From the IMG/VR virus record IMGVR_UViG_3300005337_000003, positions 65,799 through 129,798 of that record: 64,000 nt of DNA; one strand, 5' to 3'. This document shows positions 20,339-28,189 of this stretch, in pieces. The notes under the pieces are model-generated. The model made no database searches and was not told the origin of the DNA. It saw nothing but the letters and a program-made list of their open reading frames with translations. A program made the translations under genes and the position numbers. This DNA is from a virus. Positions within the stretch are counted from its first letter, which is position 1, and each line of letters starts with the position of its first letter.

Positions 20339-20821
20339 TTAGGGCTTAAGTATCAATTCGTAAAAGTCTTCATCGAATATATTCCTCTTGATATTCGGGT
20401 ATTTTTCTCCAACGTATTTGAGAATTAATTCCATACATTTAAATGTATTCCTTGCGTTGGTCTTGAACCCGTCAGTAATTTTGACATGAAATGTGCTTTC
20501 AAACTCATTACATATTTCCACTTTTCCGTAAGCAGATAGCAAGTGTTTTAGTGTAGATATATTTATATCAGCTTTTTCCATATTTGACTTGTCTTCACAT
20601 TGGTTCTTGTAAAACTGTTCCTCCTTGTCCCCAGTTACTTCCCCATAGAGTCTTATCCTCCAGTAAGCGATAAGCCTAATAACCTCTTTGTGTTCTTCTA
20701 CATAAACAACCTCGCACCCACACTGCATTTCCCCTTCAATTAAATAAAGGATAGCTAGTAAGCACTCAATATGCGCGAGTACTTTTGTGTTGGTGTATTT
20801 GCTTTCGGGCGTTGAACTCAT
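20339..20821 (-). CDS. Hypothetical protein
   Basis: 160 aa ORF in operon. Confidence 0.55.
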   Translation of the reverse strand: MSSTPESKYTNTKVLAHIECLLAILYLIEGEMQCGCEVVYVEEHKEVIRLIAYWRIRLYGEVTGDKEEQFYKNQCEDKSNMEKADINISTLKHLLSAYGKVEICNEFESTFHVKITDGFKTNARNTFKCMELILKYVGEKYPNIKRNIFDEDFYELILKP

Positions 20822-20830
20822 TTTTTCTTT

Positions 20831-21160
20831 TCAAGATTTTACTAACGCGTATTCCATGGCCTCATTAAAAGAACAGCCACCATTGTAATATGTAAGCACG
20901 TAATCAATTGAGCCATCATCTTGTCTAAAAGCCTGGAAAACATCTCCGCCTTCGCCATACCGCTTATTTTCCGTTCGGTATAATACATCATTGTAAAGAA
21001 TGTATTCCCGGTAGCCATCCTGTAACAGGCATTCCAGGAAATTGTTGTTGTATTCGTTCTTTACACCTTTGAGTATCCTCTTGGCATAGTCCTCATTTGT
21101 TTCACCTTCAAGAAGCTGAACTGGAATTAATTTCCCAATATTGGTTTCTGTTTCTGACAT
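20831..21160 (-). CDS. Hypothetical phage protein
   Basis: MSETE..IGKL...YYNGGCSFNEAMEYA. Confidence 0.65.
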   Translation of the reverse strand: MSETETNIGKLIPVQLLEGETNEDYAKRILKGVKNEYNNNFLECLLQDGYREYILYNDVLYRTENKRYGEGGDVFQAFRQDDGSIDYVLTYYNGGCSFNEAMEYALVKS

Positions 21161-21184
21161 AGTTTTTAAGTTATTGAATAAAAA

Positions 21185-21287
21185 ACACTAGCAGCTTCCC
21201 TACTTAGATATTTCAGTTCAGAAATTAGCCAAATTCCTGCTGTAAACTCACCTAGGTTATTACAGCTATTTGGTTACCGCCCAGTGT
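21185..21287 (-). ncRNA. Candidate structured RNA with a 23S rRNA helix-11-like module
   Basis: ACACTGG/CTAGTGT, CCAAAT/ATTTGG, GCTGTAA/TTACAGC stems; GAACTGAAATATCTAAGTA. Confidence 0.55.
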
Positions 21288-21296
21288 AAAGGTCAA

Positions 21297-21491
21297 GGTC
21301 TTTGGCAGAGTTTGATACCTGCATGACAACCCGATATTTATTTCGCCATAGGCCTCCTCCGAAAAGGTGTGTTCAGGTCGGGAATTTCATAACTAAGCAG
21401 TCATTCGGTGTTCCATATTAAGGCCACATTACCTAATGCTTAATCAATTATTGTCTTATTAAATTAGCGTCTATTCTTCCGCCACAAAGAC
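21297..21491 (-). ncRNA. tRNA-like RNA with a ~135-nt insert
   Basis: GTCTTTG/CAAAGAC acceptor, TGGCGGAAGAATAGACGC D arm, GCAGG-TATCAAAC-TCTGC T-like arm. Confidence 0.6.
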
Positions 21492-21503
21492 ATTTGACCA
21501 ATA

Positions 21504-21515
21504 TTTCAAAAGAAC
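21504..21515 (-). promoter_or_regulatory. boxA-like antitermination motif
   Basis: GTTCTTTTGAAA just before the tRNA-like element. Confidence 0.4.
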
Positions 21516-21518
21516 GTA

Positions 21519-21598
21519 AGCAGCGGTGACCATTCACCGGGGGCGCCAAACGAGATCGGCTTATCCCCTACGTCCTGTATTCGCCCAGGACTGCTGCC
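21519..21598 (-). ncRNA. Candidate four-way-junction RNA
   Basis: GGCAGC/GCTGCT closing stem plus three hairpins. Confidence 0.45.
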
Positions 21599-21607
21599 AT
21601 TTCAATT

Positions 21608-22411
21608 TTAATTCATCCGCTGATTAACAACAGTCTCGTCGGATGCCTCCGGTCCCCAGGCGGTTTCCACCAGATAATACTTCTCGCCATTATAACACAC
21701 CGGATGCAGAACAATAGGATCGTCGTCAATAATCTGGTGGCCTTTCACTGCCTTACGTTCCATATTAAAATACTTAACAGGGGCAACAATTTCTCTGGAG
21801 ACTTTAATTACTTTTTCTACCCAACGCACACCATACCCCCCATGCCCTCGGTATTGTTTTTCGCAGGAGATAAAGTCCTTATATGTAATTAGTTTAGAAT
21901 CAATAATAGTCCTTCCCATACTTGTTTTCATTTCTAATGCATAACATTCATCCTCCGGATTGATCTTAAACGCTTCCATTTCCTTGAGGTTCTTTTCCGG
22001 GATCTCACCGATAAAATCACTTACCGTTCCCAGTACCAATCCATATTTATCACATATATCCTTAACGGCATCCGCTGTAATAAATTTATATTGCGGATAA
22101 GTTCTGGAAAAGAATTCCAATGCGGTTCTTTGTTTTTCATAGAATGATAACTTTCGGTTCAACTGGAAAGCCCGTGTAACCTCCTTTGAACTTGTAAACC
22201 CTAAGGCTTCTAATCGTTTAGATTTTTCCGTGATTTCGGCGTGGCTACATTTCAAATCTGATATAGTGGATGTAGCGGCCTGGAGGACCAGACTACCTGC
22301 GCTGTTGAATTCACGATGTACCTCCTCCACCAGCTCCTGCTGGCTTTTGCCTTGGGACGCTGAGTACCTCGACTCTGTATCCGCTTTTTTGTTCCAGTTA
22401 AATAACCTCAT
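21608..22411 (-). CDS. Hypothetical phage protein
   Basis: ATG 22411 (MRLFNW) right after the promoter. Confidence 0.7.
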   Translation of the reverse strand: MRLFNWNKKADTESRYSASQGKSQQELVEEVHREFNSAGSLVLQAATSTISDLKCSHAEITEKSKRLEALGFTSSKEVTRAFQLNRKLSFYEKQRTALEFFSRTYPQYKFITADAVKDICDKYGLVLGTVSDFIGEIPEKNLKEMEAFKINPEDECYALEMKTSMGRTIIDSKLITYKDFISCEKQYRGHGGYGVRWVEKVIKVSREIVAPVKYFNMERKAVKGHQIIDDDPIVLHPVCYNGEKYYLVETAWGPEASDETVVNQRMN

Positions 22412-22415
22412 GACA

Positions 22416-22479
22416 CAAATATAAGCACAGAATTGCAAATATGCAAATTTATTTTGTGGTAATTTTTTTATTATATTTG
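22416..22479. promoter_or_regulatory. Divergent Bacteroidota-type promoters
   Basis: Minus: TTTG-N20-TATATTTG; plus: TATATTTG at 22472. Confidence 0.65.
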
Positions 22480-22502
22480 ATCAAACCAAAACACAAAAAT
22501 AA

Positions 22503-22658
22503 ATGGCAAAACATCCTGGCTTCAAAGCCGTACAAAACAAGATCGCCAGCAAGGAAGGTATCAGCAAGAAAGCAGCTGGTGCGATCCTGGCAACATCCAC
22601 CCGCAAGGCTAGTCCGGCGGCAAAGAAAAAGAATCCTAACCTGAAAAAGGTTAAGTGA
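22503..22658 (+). CDS. Small basic phage protein (51 aa; not in the ORF track)
   Basis: MAKHPGFKAVQNKIASKEGISKKAAGAILATSTRKASPAAKKKNPNLKKVK; own promoter and terminator. Confidence 0.7.
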   Translation: MAKHPGFKAVQNKIASKEGISKKAAGAILATSTRKASPAAKKKNPNLKKVK

Positions 22659-22676
22659 TCAATCACTAAAAAAAGA

Positions 22677-22703
22677 AAGGCCCAGCGATAAACTGGGCCT
22701 TAA
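22677..22703. terminator. Bidirectional terminator
   Basis: AAGGCCCAG/CTGGGCCTT between convergent genes. Confidence 0.7.
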
Positions 22704-22722
22704 TTATTTAAGAATACCTATG

Positions 22723-22938
22723 CTACTCTAGGTGGCAATCACTAATGCTGTAGTCTGCATTTCCCGGATCATTCCGGGACTCACACTTGGTCTTCGCATC
22801 GGACTTGGTGGACTCCGAAATAATGGAGCCTGATGAGTTTGCCCTGCCATAGGTAGTTACGGTACAGCGGCAAGTGTAATCCTTCTTGCAGCCAAATGCG
22901 ATCACTATGAGCGCAAACATTAAAACTGATTTCTTCAT
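22723..22938 (-). CDS. Small lipoprotein
   Basis: MKKSVLMFALIVIAFG-CKKDYTCRC lipobox. Confidence 0.7.
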   Translation of the reverse strand: MKKSVLMFALIVIAFGCKKDYTCRCTVTTYGRANSSGSIISESTKSDAKTKCESRNDPGNADYSISDCHLE

Positions 22939-23000
22939 GGTTATTGTTTTTTTATAGTTCCATGTTGCAAATATGCAAAAAGAGATCCAGATAAACAAAT

Positions 23001-23028
23001 AAAAAACCCGGCACTGGTTTGTGCCGGG
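23001..23028 (-). terminator. Intrinsic terminator
   Basis: CCCGGCAC/GTGCCGGG plus T tract on the minus strand. Confidence 0.65.
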
Positions 23029-23155
23029 CGCCCGCCTAACAGAAGGAGATGCTGACGGGAGGTTATCTTAACAAGAGATGCCTCAAATATATAAACAATA
23101 ATCCAGGTATACAAACACCGGCAATTAATTCTCCGAAGTTATGTCGGAAGATGGT

Positions 23156-23392
23156 TTAGTATTTACGCATGGGCGCACTGTCCTCCTGGAGGACCTTGAA
23201 TAGCCGGCTCATGATATCGTCCATGTCTGATACTGATGGCATGGGATACCGGGACTGCAGCTTCAGGAGCCTCTCTGGCTCCTCACCTGACAGGTGATTA
23301 TTGACTTTGATTGCTATGAAGAACCGGTTCAGCTCGTCCATGAGAGCCTGGTTCTTATAAATCCGTAATTCTTTTCGTGATCTTCTTTCCAT
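23156..23392 (-). CDS. Hypothetical protein
   Basis: 78 aa. Confidence 0.5.
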   Translation of the reverse strand: MERRSRKELRIYKNQALMDELNRFFIAIKVNNHLSGEEPERLLKLQSRYPMPSVSDMDDIMSRLFKVLQEDSAPMRKY

Positions 23393-23507
23393 ACCTGTTA
23401 TTATGCAAACAGGTTACACTGATCCGGGATAACCTCCAGATGGTTTAAAGGGAGATTTCCTATCCTCAAAAGGGAAGGAGGACTGTAAAATCCCTCCTTT
23501 AAAAACC

Positions 23508-23663
23508 ATGACAAAGTATGTCGTAAAGAACGGACAGTGCTATAAGCTACTGTTCAGGAAAACCGTTCGCCACTACCTGACCAAGAGGTTAATAACCTCA
23601 AGGAAAGGGAAGGTGATGGTCGTACCTGTCCAGGTAGACTGTTCCTTCTGTGGTTGCTGTTAA
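23508..23663 (+). CDS. Small Cys-tailed basic protein (51 aa)
   Basis: AAAAACC-ATG; MTKYVVKNGQCYKLL...DCSFCGCC; hairpin terminator-like sequence at ~23690. Confidence 0.45.
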   Translation: MTKYVVKNGQCYKLLFRKTVRHYLTKRLITSRKGKVMVVPVQVDCSFCGCC

Positions 23664-24109
23664 TAACAGCTTCCATCTGGATTAGGATGAGGTGGAGCTT
23701 ACACCCCACCTACTTTTCTTTCCGGTGGTCGCGCACGTATATAGTTACCCTCAAGGACGGTCTCATTAGCTGACAAATCTCCAGTTAGCGCTGGGTGTCT
23801 GAGATGTGAGGTAGAAGCTCACAACCGCTCTTCTTGTTAAAGTGATTGTTACCAAGGTGGGGTTTAAGTAGTCATTCCCTTAATGTGTCCACTGAGGTTC
23901 AATCCGCCCCAATCAGGTCATATGTTAACTGGTCGGGAATTAAAGCCGCACATGGCGGCTTCAAAAATATTGTTCTTTCGTTGCGCTCTGACGGCATCAT
24001 TATAGTCCGGGAGCGGCCGACCAGCGTTAGAACATAAAGGGCTCGTTAGGAAACTCGACCGGTATTTCCAACCGGATGGTGGGAACCTAGCTGGGCTCTT
24101 TTTCATTTA

Positions 24110-24141
24110 CGAATGTACGGACAAATTCTCATCCAACCAAA
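24110..24141 (-). promoter_or_regulatory. Leftward promoter
   Basis: TTTG-N20-TACATTCG, 3 nt before ATG of 23918..24106. Confidence 0.5.
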
Positions 24142-24549
24142 AATATATGGTGCCGTGGTGTTTAGATGCCGTGTCACGCGCGGTGCCGCTCATGGGTCCC
24201 CCAATCTACCCCGCCACCCAATCTCTCCGCTGGGCCCCACCCGGGGGGGTTCCAATCTCTCAAATTCCATCTATTAGGGCGATTTTCTAAAACCGGATTT
24301 TTTATGACAAAGATCAGCCCACCAGCTCGTCTCCAGGAACAACAACGGCCAACCAGAGCTGACCTGGCGGCTGGCAGACGATGCCAGGCCGTCTCGAATA
24401 CCTGGGGAGACAAGGAATGCTAAAACAGCTAAAAGCCACGATAGCACCCCTTAGCCCCCTTATCGCACACCCGGCGCCGCTCAATCTCTCGCATCCATTG
24501 TCTTAGCAATCAATCATATACAATATTTAACTTCTTAAAACCACAACAA

Positions 24550-24816
24550 ATGAATCACTTTAAAAGAGAAACAGTCACCGGTCTTACCGGCTGCCGCATC
24601 CGCCAGCAGTACAAGCTACTCTGGATTAAGATGCTGCATAACAAAAGGCGCACATGTAGCGTCTATCCGCTCACCCGGGATAACAGGGTGCCCGAGGAAA
24701 TACTGGAAGAGAGCCGGTTCGTCCCAGGGTTATTCAAGAACAAGGCAACAAAGGAGAGGTTTAAGCTGGTGCAGGGCAAAGACAAATACACCAACCTGAT
24801 ACCATGTACAGCGTGA
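24550..24816 (+). CDS. Early hypothetical protein
   Basis: 88 aa, A-rich leader. Confidence 0.55.
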   Translation: MNHFKRETVTGLTGCRIRQQYKLLWIKMLHNKRRTCSVYPLTRDNRVPEEILEESRFVPGLFKNKATKERFKLVQGKDKYTNLIPCTA

Positions 24817-24845
24817 TCGCCTTCATCCTGGGGCTGGGAAGAGTT

Positions 24846-24885
24846 ATAATAAGGCCGGCGTCGAAAGACCACGGCTTTTATTATA
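24846..24885 (+). terminator. Intrinsic terminator
   Basis: ATAATAAGGCCG...CGGCTTTTTATTAT. Confidence 0.6.
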
Positions 24886-25017
24886 GCCCCTCCCACAGCT
24901 CCCGCATCAAGGCCAAGCGACTGGCATTGCGTTAACCGCGCCCCCTTATCCCTCCCTATTCTGCCTATTCTCTCTCATTCATTATCCTAATCAATTAACA
25001 ATTAAAAACAAAAGAAC

Positions 25018-25362
25018 ATGAGCACATTAAAACTCACATCAGATGGCTCCTACTACAAGCGTAGCTCAGGAGTAGACGGCCTGACCACTGCCAAGCAGGT
25101 ATTCCGTTACAACGTTACCGGGGACGAAAAAGACATCGTTGAATACATTGCCGAGCGCGTGAAGGGCGGCGCCAAGGAAACATCGATAAAGACAGAGACC
25201 GGCGTTAAGTACTATACCGATCGCTTTGTTCCAAACGGCACCAGCCTGGACAAAACCCAGGATGGCCGGTTCTTTCCCAACACTGCCAAATGGGATCAGA
25301 TCCTGAGCCTGCAGAAACAGGGCCACTCCTACGAGGCTGCCGTGGCAATGGTGTCGGCATAA
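25018..25362 (+). CDS. Early protein of crAss-like phages
   Basis: VFRYNVTG...YYTDRFV...KWDQILSL pattern. Confidence 0.65.
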   Translation: MSTLKLTSDGSYYKRSSGVDGLTTAKQVFRYNVTGDEKDIVEYIAERVKGGAKETSIKTETGVKYYTDRFVPNGTSLDKTQDGRFFPNTAKWDQILSLQKQGHSYEAAVAMVSA

Positions 25363-25389
25363 GAATTGCACTGTATTTAAAAAAGCTAG

Positions 25390-25510
25390 GCCGGGAGACT
25401 TGTGCTCCCGGCATTTCACATCAAAAAAGCTCAGTTGTGTGGAGCAAAGTGGCCTGTCCTTTGTGTGGAGGCTGGCCGGCCCCTGGGAGTTGTGTCCCGG
25501 GGGCTTTTCT
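25390..25510 (+). ncRNA. Array of four hairpins with UUGUG loops
   Basis: Loops ACTTGTG, AGTTGTGTG, TTTGTGT, GTTGTG. Confidence 0.5.
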
Positions 25511-25518
25511 ATTTCACT

Positions 25519-25576
25519 GGGGAGTAGGGGTCAACCGGATCGTATACCGGGCGCTGTTCGAGTCAGCGACTCTCCA
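25519..25576 (+). ncRNA. Minimal tRNA-like element resembling the tmRNA TLD
   Basis: GGGGAGT/ACTCTCC-A acceptor with G3.U70; no D stem; CGCTG-TTCGAGT-CAGCG T arm. Confidence 0.6.
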
Positions 25577-25665
25577 CTAAACGAGGCGACAAGCCCACAA
25601 CATAACCACGGGACGGATCAGCTCCAGATAAGCAGCTGGTGGACACGTCTCCTTAACAATAAAAT

Positions 25666-25752
25666 GGAGAGCTGGATGCATGTTGGGCTGTCCGCATGGT
25701 GGCTTTGGGTTGCCACTCTTTTCTCCGGGTTCGATTCCCGGGCTCTCCACCA
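25666..25752 (+). tRNA. Atypical tRNA, Pro(TGG)-like, 8-nt anticodon loop
   Basis: GGAGAGC/GCTCTCC-ACCA, CCGGG-TTCGATT-CCCGG, GTGGC-TTTGGGTT-GCCAC. Confidence 0.65.
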
Positions 25753-25774
25753 GCAACACATTGCGCCTCGACAA

Positions 25775-25952
25775 GCACCGACGGGTGTTTCGTTGGTCAG
25801 ACGTGGTAGCCTTCAATAAGCTACTGATGTCCGTAAAATGGGAAAAAGCACCACATGGATACAGGGGTCCCAACGATAGAGGATGTAATTTACCAGCACC
25901 GAACGCTAATACCAAAACGGGCGTCGAGTACTATCGGAAGATAGTCGCTGGC
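25775..25952 (+). ncRNA. Candidate multi-helix RNA
   Basis: TCGTTGG/CCAACGA, GTAGC/GCTAC, CCAGC/GCTGG, ACTATC-GGAA-GATAGT. Confidence 0.4.
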
Positions 25953-25995
25953 TTATTTTGCCAATAACTTTTATTAATTTTAAAAATTGACAGAC

Positions 25996-26214
25996 ATGGA
26001 ACCCAGAGAAATAACACTTACCGGCACGATCCATATCGCACACTTCAGGTTCTATGATGGCCTGCATTATGTAAAGGACAAGCCTTTGAAACAAACCACC
26101 CAGTGGGAGGAACTGGACGGCGGCACAGGATATATGGTGGCCTGTGGCGATGTGATGGTGCGGGTGCCTGAAGACTATTGCCCGCACATCAAAAGAAGAA
26201 TAATAACCATTTAA
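25996..26214 (+). CDS. Hypothetical protein
   Basis: ATG 25996. Confidence 0.5.
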   Translation: MEPREITLTGTIHIAHFRFYDGLHYVKDKPLKQTTQWEELDGGTGYMVACGDVMVRVPEDYCPHIKRRIITI

Positions 26215-26227
26215 AAACCAAAAAAAC

Positions 26228-26650
26228 ATGACAACACACGAGATTATTGATGACACGGTTGCCTTTTACGGCGCCGATCCGGTGGGCCGGAGATCCCTGA
26301 AACTGACAGAGACAGAAGAGCACGATTTAGTTCAAAATGCTTGTTTATACATAGGACCTGGTGGGAAAAAATGTGCATTCGCAAGGTTTGTAAAGGAAGA
26401 AGATTTATACGAATTACGACAACGAGAGGGAACGTGTGCAGGATTTGTACTAGAATCAGTTACGCTGGAAGACAAGGTATCAAAAATCAAAAACAAAATG
26501 TTCTGGAATAGTGTACAGGCCATTCACGACCAGAGTTCTCATTGGGATGAAAATGGCATAACAGACCAGGGCATCGAGTTTGTCCAAGAGCTAAAGGATA
26601 AATATCCCAACGTGGAAGAACTTGCTGATAGGCGAGAAGAAGCCGGCTAA
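26228..26650 (+). CDS. Hypothetical Cys-motif early protein
   Basis: CLYIGPGGKKCAFARF. Confidence 0.65.
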   Translation: MTTHEIIDDTVAFYGADPVGRRSLKLTETEEHDLVQNACLYIGPGGKKCAFARFVKEEDLYELRQREGTCAGFVLESVTLEDKVSKIKNKMFWNSVQAIHDQSSHWDENGITDQGIEFVQELKDKYPNVEELADRREEAG

Positions 26651-26666
26651 AAACCGGCTTTTTTTA
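26640..26666 (+). terminator. Intrinsic terminator
   Basis: AGCCGG/CCGGCT plus T tract. Confidence 0.7.
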
Positions 26667-26783
26667 ACAAATAGGACGAAACACCGTATCCATTGAGTGA
26701 AGCTATAAGATTACCCGCATTTTACCATACTTTTTAGGCGTTTGGCTGAGTAAAGCGTCGTATGAATTGCCACAATTCAGATC

Positions 26784-26882
26784 TTTTCCGCCTTTATACC
26801 TGGTACCAGGCAACCTTTTAGCCTCCAGATCGGCACGTTTTCCGCCTTAAAGCCTGTCTGTTCAGGCATCAAGCCTCCAGAT
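26784..26882. repeat. Two ~54-bp imperfect tandem repeats with internal palindromes
   Basis: TTTTCCGCCTT...AGCCTCCAGAT x2. Confidence 0.6.
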
Positions 26883-27363
26883 AAAACTTTTTTCGGCTCT
26901 GTTCCGCGTCCCTCTAAGGCTACAGGCTCATTTTTGGCCTTTTTTAGGGGCAAATAGAGCGCATATTTGGCTTCCAGCTGTGCTGTGGGCCGGTTTATTT
27001 AATTCTGGCGCCATTAGCTGGCTTTTCGGTGTAAGTTATTGAGAATTAAGGAGATGAGTTGGGGTTTGGTCTTGAATTTTGCGGCCCGCCCCCACTTCAT
27101 TTCAACTGCGGCCTACCGGGCGGCTCTTATAGCGGCCCATCCGTAAATACTTTCTACTGTTCTTGGAGGTGGGATCAGGTATAATATCAAATAATAGTAT
27201 TCTTCCATAGTTGAGAGTGTAACCTGACAATATCAATATACGTATAAGCAGCATTAGGAAGATGATCCTGGGGCTTTGTGGGATGCTATGGCCTGTAAAC
27301 CGGCCAATTCCCGCTGTTTCACCAGCATTCGCCATACCTAACCACCAGCCACCTGTTAAATTT

Positions 27364-27394
27364 TTTGCGAGTATATCAAGCCGTACTATATTTG
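27364..27394 (+). promoter_or_regulatory. Bacteroidota sigma-A-type promoter
   Basis: TTTG-N19-TATATTTG. Confidence 0.75.
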
Positions 27395-27701
27395 CACGGG
27401 GATTGCCTTTATCTTAAAAGACTAAATATGAAAAAAATATCCACACTTACCGCCATAGCGGCCATGATGGAGGCTGCTGTCTTTTAACAAAGGAAGATAA
27501 TGAAGACATTAGCTTTATCAAAAATGCCAAGCTGCTAGCAGAAGGCTGAGTAGATCTAAGGGCGCGGCCTTTTTGCGAATCCAGCGGCATAACCTCCAAT
27601 CTGCAGCTCATAACTCATGAAGTAAAAGATTGCACTAAATTTCAACCTAAAGAATAAAAAGCATATTCAGATTTTACTACCCTCCAATAAAAAAATTAAA
27701 T

Positions 27702-28187
27702 ATGACACCAAGAATCCAAAAAGCAATTGACATTTTCCTCGACGCTATAAATGAGAGAACATTAACCAAAGGCAACTGCGCAGCATGTGCAGTTGGTAAT
27801 TTAGTGGCGACTGGAATGAACATAAAATTAAGACCCTATACGCTCTGCGAAAATTCAAACAGCGATTGGGGCAATCTATTTTATACTGACGAGACAGGCT
27901 GCCAGGTATACCGCAAAGATCTATTAAGCCCCACAGCATTAAAAAAGGCCATGGATAATATAGAGGCAACCGATTTCACAGAAACAGAGTTAATGCGCAT
28001 TGAACATGCATTTGAGACCAATACCAAAATTAGACATGAAAGCTACTATCGTTATCAAAAAGAACAAATACGCCAAGATCAAATAAAGGGCCTTGCAGCG
28101 GTAGTAGAAGTAATGCTCGAAATGGACAATTGCACAGAAAACACAAAAGAAGTATTTACCAAAAAAGCAGAGCTTATACCTATTTAA
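27702..28187 (+). CDS. Hypothetical Cys-motif protein
   Basis: GNCAACAVGNL. Confidence 0.7.
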   Translation: MTPRIQKAIDIFLDAINERTLTKGNCAACAVGNLVATGMNIKLRPYTLCENSNSDWGNLFYTDETGCQVYRKDLLSPTALKKAMDNIEATDFTETELMRIEHAFETNTKIRHESYYRYQKEQIRQDQIKGLAAVVEVMLEMDNCTENTKEVFTKKAELIPI

Positions 28188-28189
28188 TC

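Noticed and set aside
21201-21219. 23S rRNA gene fragment or contamination
   Set aside because: Only 19 nt match; flanks are not rRNA
21541-21575. HDV-like/theta ribozyme (GCC..TCTCG..GGCGCC)
   Set aside because: Cannot build the P1/P2 double pseudoknot
25820-25850. Hammerhead ribozyme (CTGATGT...GAAA)
   Set aside because: Core is CUGAUGU, with no NUH site or stem III in register
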